Shown here piece after piece: positions 30,061 through 35,704 of a stretch of 51,125 nt of DNA. Numbering within the stretch: the stretch's first letter is position 1; every line of letters starts with the position of its first letter. The DNA lies in NCBI GenBank assembly GCA_036568985.1, contig DATCRM010000109.1, forward strand, positions 1 to 51,125, in the 5' to 3' direction. Under the pieces are notes generated by a model. It was not told where the DNA came from, searched no databases, and saw nothing but the letters and a program-made list of their open reading frames with translations. Source of the stretch: Lacunisphaera sp. Its GTDB lineage: Bacteria; Verrucomicrobiota; Verrucomicrobiia; Opitutales; Opitutaceae. The position numbers and the translations under genes were made by a program.

Positions 30061-30193
30061 TACGGGTAGTGAGTCCGCAGTTACTTCGGACTGAACTGAC
30101 GGTGGTTCGATTCCATCCACGCTTTGGCGTGTAGCTCAGTGGTAGAGCATTCAGCGGCCGCAAGGCCGTATCTGCAGACGGTATTCTCCCGTA
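30061..30193 (+). ncRNA. Y RNA 5 (YrlA-like)
   Basis: TACGGGTAGTGA...AGTTACTTC...TTCTCCCGTA; T arm TTCGATT, acceptor CACGC-TTTG-GCGTG, D arm GCTCAGTGGTAGAGC. Confidence 0.85.
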
Positions 30194-30270
30194 TTCGTGT
30201 CCCCGGCGTTTCCGGGCTATCCCGCCGCGCGGTATCCAGCGCGGCATCCTTCATAAAAAAGGAGGCCATC

Positions 30271-31710
30271 ATGGCCAAGTTCAGTATCCTCCCATTCCTT
30301 TCCCGCAAGGCCACCGTGCCAAACACGGTGAACTACGCCGGCGGCCGCGCCTTCACCCAGATGGCCAATCTCGAACTCGTTTCGATCATGCTCACCACGT
30401 TTCTCGAGGATGAGTTCTATCGCACCGAGCAACAGACCACGACTCGCATACGCGAGCTCATCGCCAAGGTCCGTGACCCGCGCTTTGTCGCCCAGGCGGC
30501 GATCTATGCGCGGCAGACCCATGGCATGCGTTCGGTGAGCCACCTGGTGGCCGGCGAACTCGCCAAGTCCGTCAAGGGTGCCCCGTGGACCAAGCGTTTC
30601 TACGCCCAGGTTGTCCGTCGCCCGGACGATGTGGTCGAGATCCTCGGCTACTACCTTGCCGTCTACGGTCGTCCGGTGCCCAACGCACTCAAGAAGGGAC
30701 TGGGCGTCGCGCTCGCTCGTTTCGACGAGCACCAGCTGGCGAAGTATCGCCGTGACCATTCCACCTTCAAGCTGGTGGATGCGGTCAACCTGGTCCGTCC
30801 CCGGGCCACGCCTGCGCTGTCCAAGCTGATCCGAGGTGAGCTCGCTCCTGCCCAAACGTGGGAAACGAAGCTCTCGCAGGCCGGTGTCGCGGGCACGGCC
30901 GAACAGGCCGCCGCGTCGAAGTCCCAGGCTTGGGCTGAGCTGGTCCGTGAGGGCAAGCTCGGCTACCTCGCCCTTCTGCGCAACGTGCGTAACATCCTTA
31001 CGCACGCTCCGGAAGTGGTGTCGGAGCTTTGCACGCAACTCGCGGACGAGTCTGCCGTGCGCCGCTCGCTCGTGTTTCCGTTCCAGTTCCTCACGGCCGT
31101 TGAAGTGCTCAAGCAGGGTAACCTGCGGAGTGCCGATCGGGTGATGGATGCGCTTAACCAAGCCATCGACCACTCGCTCGCCAATGTTCCGAAGTTTGAG
31201 GGCAGCACGCTGATCGCGCTCGATTCGTCGGGCTCGATGGCGGGTCGCCCGCAGACGATCGGTTCGCTGTTCGCGGCGGTGTTGGTGAAGGCCGGTGGTG
31301 CCGACCTGATGGTCTTCAGTGACGATGCGCGCTACGTGACCATCAACCGTCGCGATACGACGCTCACGGCGGCCAACAGCATCCCGTTCGCAGCTGGCGG
31401 CACGAACTTCAATGCGATCTTCGAGCGCGCGAACCGCGCTTATGATCGCATCATCATCCTGTCCGACATGCAGGGTTGGATCGGGGGTGGCGCGCCGGTG
31501 CAGCCGTTCGCGGCGTATCAGCAGCGCTACCATGTAGCTCCTCGCGTCTTCAGCTTCGACCTGAAGGGCAACGGCACGCTCCAGTTCCCACAGGAGCGTG
31601 TGTTCTGCCTGGCGGGTTGGAGCGACCGCGTGTTCGAGATCATGCAGAAGCTCGATCGCGACCCGGAGGCGCTGGTGCGTGAGGTCGAGGCCGTTCCTCT
31701 GGAAGGCTGA
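30271..31710 (+). CDS. rsr: TROVE-domain Ro60 RNA-binding protein (Rsr-like)
   Basis: AAGGAGG Shine-Dalgarno; TVNYAGG.AF, AIYAR...GMRS, TWETKLS, YLALLRNVRNI, FPFQF; vWA MIDAS motif DSSGSM, GGTN, ILSDMQ. Confidence 0.93.
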   Translation: MAKFSILPFLSRKATVPNTVNYAGGRAFTQMANLELVSIMLTTFLEDEFYRTEQQTTTRIRELIAKVRDPRFVAQAAIYARQTHGMRSVSHLVAGELAKSVKGAPWTKRFYAQVVRRPDDVVEILGYYLAVYGRPVPNALKKGLGVALARFDEHQLAKYRRDHSTFKLVDAVNLVRPRATPALSKLIRGELAPAQTWETKLSQAGVAGTAEQAAASKSQAWAELVREGKLGYLALLRNVRNILTHAPEVVSELCTQLADESAVRRSLVFPFQFLTAVEVLKQGNLRSADRVMDALNQAIDHSLANVPKFEGSTLIALDSSGSMAGRPQTIGSLFAAVLVKAGGADLMVFSDDARYVTINRRDTTLTAANSIPFAAGGTNFNAIFERANRAYDRIIILSDMQGWIGGGAPVQPFAAYQQRYHVAPRVFSFDLKGNGTLQFPQERVFCLAGWSDRVFEIMQKLDRDPEALVREVEAVPLEG

Positions 31711-31728
31711 CGCCGGTTTGTTTCTGTC

Positions 31729-31757
31729 GGAGCCCCGCTGCGGCGGGGCTCCTCTTT
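31729..31757 (+). terminator. GC hairpin after Ro60 (weak terminator or processing stem)
   Basis: GGAGCCCCGC-TGCG-GCGGGGCTCC followed by TCTTT. Confidence 0.5.
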
Positions 31758-31832
31758 CCCTTCATCGTCCAAAAGCTAGGACGCGAGCGTGCGAAGCTCG
31801 AAATCGAGGTGCAAGTCCTCGTGAAGGGACCA
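31758..31832 (+). tRNA. tRNA-Arg(GCG)
   Basis: Loop GTGCGAA; T-loop TGCAAGT; CCA. Confidence 0.82.
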
Positions 31833-31836
31833 TTTT

Positions 31837-31911
31837 CCTCGCGTAGTGAAAGATATATCACCCCGCGCTTCGGACGCGGCATTGCGGGTGAGAGTCCCGC
31901 CGCGAGGTCCA
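31837..31911 (+). tRNA. tRNA-Arg(TCG)
   Basis: Loop CTTCGGA; T-loop TGAGAGT; CCA. Confidence 0.85.
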
Positions 31912-31915
31912 GCTT

Positions 31916-31991
31916 CTCCGCGTGGCCGAGCAGCTCAGGCCTCCGCCTTCTAAGCGGACTGACGCAGGTGCAAATCCTGCCGCGGGGACCA
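31916..31991 (+). tRNA. tRNA-Arg(TCT)
   Basis: Loop CTTCTAA; T-loop TGCAAAT; CCA. Confidence 0.88.
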
Positions 31992-31992
31992 C

Positions 31993-32082
31993 GGAGGCGA
32001 AACTGGCCGAGGTGCCAGCACCCGTTTGAAGCGGATTGGGCGGCCAAGGGCCGCTGAGGAGCGTGACCTCTCGCCTCCGCCA
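31993..32082 (+). tRNA. tRNA-Ser(TGA), 8/4 fold
   Basis: Acceptor GGAGGCGA/TCGCCTCC; T stem GAGG/CCTC; long variable arm; G73; CCA. Confidence 0.8.
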
Positions 32083-32088
32083 CATTTT

Positions 32089-32174
32089 GGAGAGTAAAGC
32101 CGCGAAGCGCGGTGATCGGTTGGAAGCCGATTCGAGCCGCAAGGCTTGTGGGGCAGGACCACTGCTCTCCGCCA
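32089..32174 (+). tRNA. tRNA-Ser(GGA), 8/4 fold
   Basis: Acceptor GGAGAGTA/TGCTCTCC; T stem GTGG/CCAC; loop TTGGAAG; G73; CCA. Confidence 0.8.
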
Positions 32175-32181
32175 TTTTTAT

Positions 32182-32270
32182 GGAGAGTGAACCCGCCAAG
32201 GTGCGGGCGCTGCCTCGAAAGCAGACGGACCGGTTCACCGGTTGAGGCGCAAGCCCTCCGCTCTCCGCCA
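32182..32270 (+). tRNA. tRNA-Ser(CGA), 8/4 fold
   Basis: Acceptor GGAGAGTG/CGCTCTCC; T stem GAGG/CCTC; loop CTCGAAA; G73; CCA. Confidence 0.82.
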
Positions 32271-32274
32271 ACAT

Positions 32275-32348
32275 TGGCTCGTAGCTCAAAAGCAGAGCGC
32301 TCGCCCGATAAGCGAGTGACGACGGAGCGTTACCGTCCGGGCCAACCA
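32275..32348 (+). tRNA. tRNA-Ile(GAT)
   Basis: Loop CCGATAA; T-loop AGCGTTA; CCA. Confidence 0.85.
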
Positions 32349-32352
32349 TTTT

Positions 32353-32439
32353 GGAGGGTTAACTCCGGAAGCCGGAGGCCGCGGTGCTAACGCGAGCGGC
32401 GATTCTGTCGCTGAGGGGCGGGACCTCAACCCTCCGCCA
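32353..32439 (+). tRNA. tRNA-Ser(GCT), 8/4 fold
   Basis: Acceptor GGAGGGTT/AACCCTCC; T stem GAGG/CCTC; loop GTGCTAA; G73; CCA. Confidence 0.8.
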
Positions 32440-32440
32440 T

Positions 32441-32514
32441 TGCCGGGTCGTCTAACAGCAGGACAGCGGTCTCTGAAACCGTAGATGCACGTGCGAGTCG
32501 TGCCCCGGCAGCCA
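32441..32514 (+). tRNA. tRNA-Gln(CTG)
   Basis: Loop CTCTGAA; T-loop TGCGAGT; G73; CCA. Confidence 0.88.
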
Positions 32515-32520
32515 TTTCAT

Positions 32521-32595
32521 GCTCTGCAAGCATAGGCAGCGATGCAGCGGTCCCGTAAACCGCACAGGCCGGCGCAAGCCCGGCGCAGAGATCCA
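32521..32595 (+). tRNA. tRNA-Thr(CGT)
   Basis: Loop CCCGTAA; T-loop CGCAAGC; 1-72 mismatch; CCA. Confidence 0.78.
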
Positions 32596-32681
32596 GTTTT
32601 GTTCGGAGCGCCGCCCACCGAGTGGGCACCCGCTTCTCACCCCTTTCGGGGCTACGCCATCTCCGCGCTGGCGCGCTCCGC

Positions 32682-32733
32682 CGCAAAAAAGAACACACAC
32701 CGACGTTGGCTGAGACCCGGCCCGGCGTGAGCC
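32682..32733 (+). repeat. Trailer arm of long-range inverted repeat
   Basis: CGCAAAAAAGAACACACACCG and GACGTTGGCTGA are complementary to 26495-26515 and 26425-26436. Confidence 0.85.
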
Positions 32734-32758
32734 CTCTCATTTACAACTCCTTCCTCCC

Positions 32759-33391
32759 ATGAACACCGATCTCATCGAGAAGCCCATCGTCCTGTCGCTC
32801 AACCGGGCGTGGCAGGTCATTGGCCATCGCACCGTCAAGCAAGCGCTCATCGCGCTCAACGGCGGTTCGGCCGGCCTTCCGCCTGCCATGGGCCTCGATA
32901 TCGCTTACCCGAAGCTCGAGGACTCCTGGGACTTCGACCGTCCGCTCTACCTGAACCCTGTTGTCTGGGACGAGTGGATCAAGCTGCCCGTGCGTGAATT
33001 CGATTTCGTCGTTTCCACGCCGAAGCTGCGGATCCGCGTGCCGACCGTCATCATCTCGACGCAGTTCGACCGTATGCCGATGCGCGTTCCGCGTGTCAGC
33101 CGTGCGGCCATCTACGCCCGGGATGCCGGCGTCTGCCAATACACCGGCGAATACGTCGGCAGGGACGGCGGCAACCTGGATCACATCATTCCTCGTGATC
33201 GAGGTGGTCGCGATTCGTTCGAGAACCTCGTGTGGGCCAAGCGAGAGGTCAACTCCCGCAAGGCCAACCGACTGCCGCACGAAGCCGGCCTCCGCCTTCT
33301 GCGTCGTCCCACCGCTCCGGCCACCATGCCGGTCACTGCGACGATTCGCGAACCCAAGCACCCCGACTGGCGCCACTTCCTCATGCACTGA
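32759..33391 (+). CDS. HNH endonuclease family protein
   Basis: VLSLNRAW, IRVPTVI, IYARD.GVCQYTG...NLDHIIPRDRGG.DSFENLV...VNSRKANR.P.EAGL.L. Confidence 0.88.
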   Translation: MNTDLIEKPIVLSLNRAWQVIGHRTVKQALIALNGGSAGLPPAMGLDIAYPKLEDSWDFDRPLYLNPVVWDEWIKLPVREFDFVVSTPKLRIRVPTVIISTQFDRMPMRVPRVSRAAIYARDAGVCQYTGEYVGRDGGNLDHIIPRDRGGRDSFENLVWAKREVNSRKANRLPHEAGLRLLRRPTAPATMPVTATIREPKHPDWRHFLMH

Positions 33392-33469
33392 TCGCAGCAC
33401 GCAGGTGGGGGAGTCGCCAGACTCGGTTCACCTCCAGTCCGGACTCTTTCTGCGCGCTGCCGAACTCCC

Positions 33470-34171
33470 ATGACCTGCGTCAACTCCAGTCCCATTCCGC
33501 TCGCCGACCTCCTCGATATCGTGGAGACCGCGCTGGCTACGGTTTCCCGCCGGCTGCCTGCGCATGTCGCGCGCGACGATCTGGCATCGGTTGGCAAGCT
33601 GACTCTCATCACGCTGGTCGGCCAGGTCACCGGACCGACCGATCAGGTGCGTGCTTACTGCTACGTTCGGGTGCGCGGCGCCATGCTGGATGAGCTGCGC
33701 CGGCAGGATGCGCTCCCGCGCAACCGCCGCGACGTGGTAACCGCCATTTCCCGCGCCCAATCGGTCTTGGCAAACAAACTCGGCCGGGCTCCGACCGAGG
33801 CGGAGCTCGCTGTGACTGTTGGGCTGCCAATCGCGGTCGTTCATTCGGCGTTGGCCGCCAGTGCCGCCGAGGCTGACTCCCAGGATTTCGAGTGGAGCAC
33901 CCTTCCCGACGCCGAGAGCCCATCGCCCGTTGAATTCGTCGAGCAGTCAGACCTGCAGGCCAACCTGCGGGCCGCACTCGAGCGCCTTCCGCCAAAACAG
34001 GCTTGGGCGATCCGTCGCTACTATCTGGAGGATGCCACTTTGGATGACATCGCCGCGGATCTCCAGGTCTCGCGCGAACGAGCCCGCCAAATTCGTGAAG
34101 CAGGCGAGAACAAGCTCCGCGCCGACCTGGTCGTCCTGTCTCTGTGGCAGTCGTTACTTGCGCCACGGTGA
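33470..34171 (+). CDS. FliA/WhiG-like sigma-70 family factor (divergent)
   Basis: LPAHV.RDDL.SVG, RVRGAMLDELRRQD, LGRAPTEAELA, region 4 YYLEDATLDDIA..L.VSRERARQI. Confidence 0.82.
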   Translation: MTCVNSSPIPLADLLDIVETALATVSRRLPAHVARDDLASVGKLTLITLVGQVTGPTDQVRAYCYVRVRGAMLDELRRQDALPRNRRDVVTAISRAQSVLANKLGRAPTEAELAVTVGLPIAVVHSALAASAAEADSQDFEWSTLPDAESPSPVEFVEQSDLQANLRAALERLPPKQAWAIRRYYLEDATLDDIAADLQVSRERARQIREAGENKLRADLVVLSLWQSLLAPR

Positions 34172-34229
34172 ACACTTATCGCGCGGCCCGTCCCCCTTGG
34201 GGCGGGCCGCTTTAATCCCCCACTGCATC

Positions 34230-34895
34230 ATGCGCTTTGACGACAAATATGCCCACCGCGACAAGCACCTCCTCCGTCTGGAGCGAGAGCTCAACCGTCT
34301 GCGCAAAGCCCAATGGCATGCACCTGTTGTTCCACTGGAACGCCCCTACCAACGCGGCTGGGTCAAGACCTTCACTTTGCGGGAGGATGCCCTGCATCAC
34401 CCCGAGGTGCTCGTGTTCCAGGCCGTGTTGAAGGTGGTCAATGACCGGATCATCTCACGCACCCGTGAATTCATCCGCCGCAACGGCGATGCCATCATTC
34501 TGCGGCCGCGCATCATCGCCCCACATGATTGGCCGCGTTTGGCCTGGCCGATTAGCCACCAGCGACTCTTCGCCTATGGGCGGTGGCCGGTCGAGGACAT
34601 CTATCCTTGGACCGAACGCTATTTCCGTCACTCCGTCTGCGGTTTCAAGCTGCTCCGCACTTGGTGGCTCGATGATATGGTGCTACCCTACATGATCACG
34701 CACCAGCGCGTGGAGCTGCCCGAGGTGCGCAGGCGTATCACTGAAATCGAGACTCACCTCCGTCATCGGCTTGGCTGGGAGCGGCTGCAACGCTTGCACG
34801 GGCAACATGTCCACTGGCGTCATGGTGAAGATCCAGCGCGAGTCCAGCGGGCCACGGCTGCCTACGTTGAACAGTGCGAAATAGGACATGACTAA
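34230..34895 (+). CDS. Hypothetical protein (basic, Trp/His-rich)
   Basis: MRFDDK..RDKHLLRLERE...PLERPYQRGWVKTF.LRED; co-oriented with the operon; start trimmed to the ATG at 34230. Confidence 0.7.
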   Translation: MRFDDKYAHRDKHLLRLERELNRLRKAQWHAPVVPLERPYQRGWVKTFTLREDALHHPEVLVFQAVLKVVNDRIISRTREFIRRNGDAIILRPRIIAPHDWPRLAWPISHQRLFAYGRWPVEDIYPWTERYFRHSVCGFKLLRTWWLDDMVLPYMITHQRVELPEVRRRITEIETHLRHRLGWERLQRLHGQHVHWRHGEDPARVQRATAAYVEQCEIGHD

Positions 34896-34903
34896 GCAGT
34901 CAT
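34888..34903. promoter_or_regulatory. Palindromic operator, copy 2
   Basis: ATGACT-AAGC-AGTCAT with perfect arms, upstream of ORF 34977 and rtcB. Confidence 0.6.
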
Positions 34904-34976
34904 ATAAGCTGCATAGAGCATGCTACAACGCGTCCCCAAAACCTGATATTTTGAACTAAACCAAAGCAAACATCCC

Positions 34977-35465
34977 ATGAAGACCATCAACCTTTCCCAA
35001 GCCCTGAAGCACAAGAACCGACTCGCTGGTGAAATCGCGCGCCTGCGCGAGATCGTGCAGCGCGAAAACTCCCGTAAGGAATCCCAGCCGGCCCGCGCGG
35101 ATGTGCGTGTGGCTTTCGATCAGTCGGTGACTCGCTCTCGCGAGCTGGCCCAGTTCAAGGGCGCCATCGCCGCGGCCAATGCGGCCGTTACTGACTCCAA
35201 CCACGGCATCTACGGTAAGCTCAACCTCCAGGCCGAGCTCCGTGGCCTGATCGTCTTCATCAAGTCACTCAACACCAAGGAGGGTGAGGAGGTGGAGCGC
35301 GTCGGTTTCCTGAGCCGCGACGAAGCCGTCCGCACGGTATTCGTGGCTATCATCACTCGCGATGAAGTGGACCGCCTGACGGTGGCCTACCAGGCCGAGA
35401 TTGATCGTCTCCAGGACGAGATCGACGAGTTCAACGCAACCACCCGCATCCCCCTTACCGCCTAA
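34977..35465 (+). CDS. Hypothetical coiled-coil protein (possibly DIP1984-like)
   Basis: INLSQALKHKNRL...EIDRLQDEIDEFNATTRI; strong host-like codon usage. Confidence 0.75.
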   Translation: MKTINLSQALKHKNRLAGEIARLREIVQRENSRKESQPARADVRVAFDQSVTRSRELAQFKGAIAAANAAVTDSNHGIYGKLNLQAELRGLIVFIKSLNTKEGEEVERVGFLSRDEAVRTVFVAIITRDEVDRLTVAYQAEIDRLQDEIDEFNATTRIPLTA

Positions 35466-35474
35466 CCAACCCTT

Positions 35475-35687
35475 TCGGGCCCGGCTTGAGCGACGGTGGG
35501 CCGACAACAGGCATCAGGCACCTCCGGGTGCCCTTTAAGAAGCCCCTAAACCAGGCTGCTTAACCAACGATACCGACCTGATTGTTAACCGTCATCGTTC
35601 AACGTCTCAAAAAGCAAGAATCATCACTGAAGGATAAAACCTTTGCCGCCTGCTTCCGTCTGTCGTCGTCTCAGGCCGGTGTCCCGA
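35475..35687 (+). ncRNA. Candidate structured RNA between the coiled-coil gene and rtcB
   Basis: CCGGCTTGAGCGACG (35481-35495) pairs with CGTCGTCTCAGGCCGG (35664-35679), enclosing an A/C-rich interior. Confidence 0.5.
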
Positions 35688-35704
35688 CCACCCTGTATTT
35701 GTTC

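Noticed and set aside
26308-30247. Dozens of short ORFs across the array, and the 30124 extended start of the TROVE ORF
   Set aside because: They overlap tRNA and Y RNA genes; the TROVE start with a Shine-Dalgarno sequence is at 30271.
31993-32082. Selenocysteine or suppressor tRNA
   Set aside because: The anticodon is TGA (Ser), not TCA; no stop-decoding anticodon was found in the array.
26611-32595. CRISPR array interpretation of the periodic sequence
   Set aside because: The units are cloverleaf tRNAs with no identical direct repeat and no cas genes.
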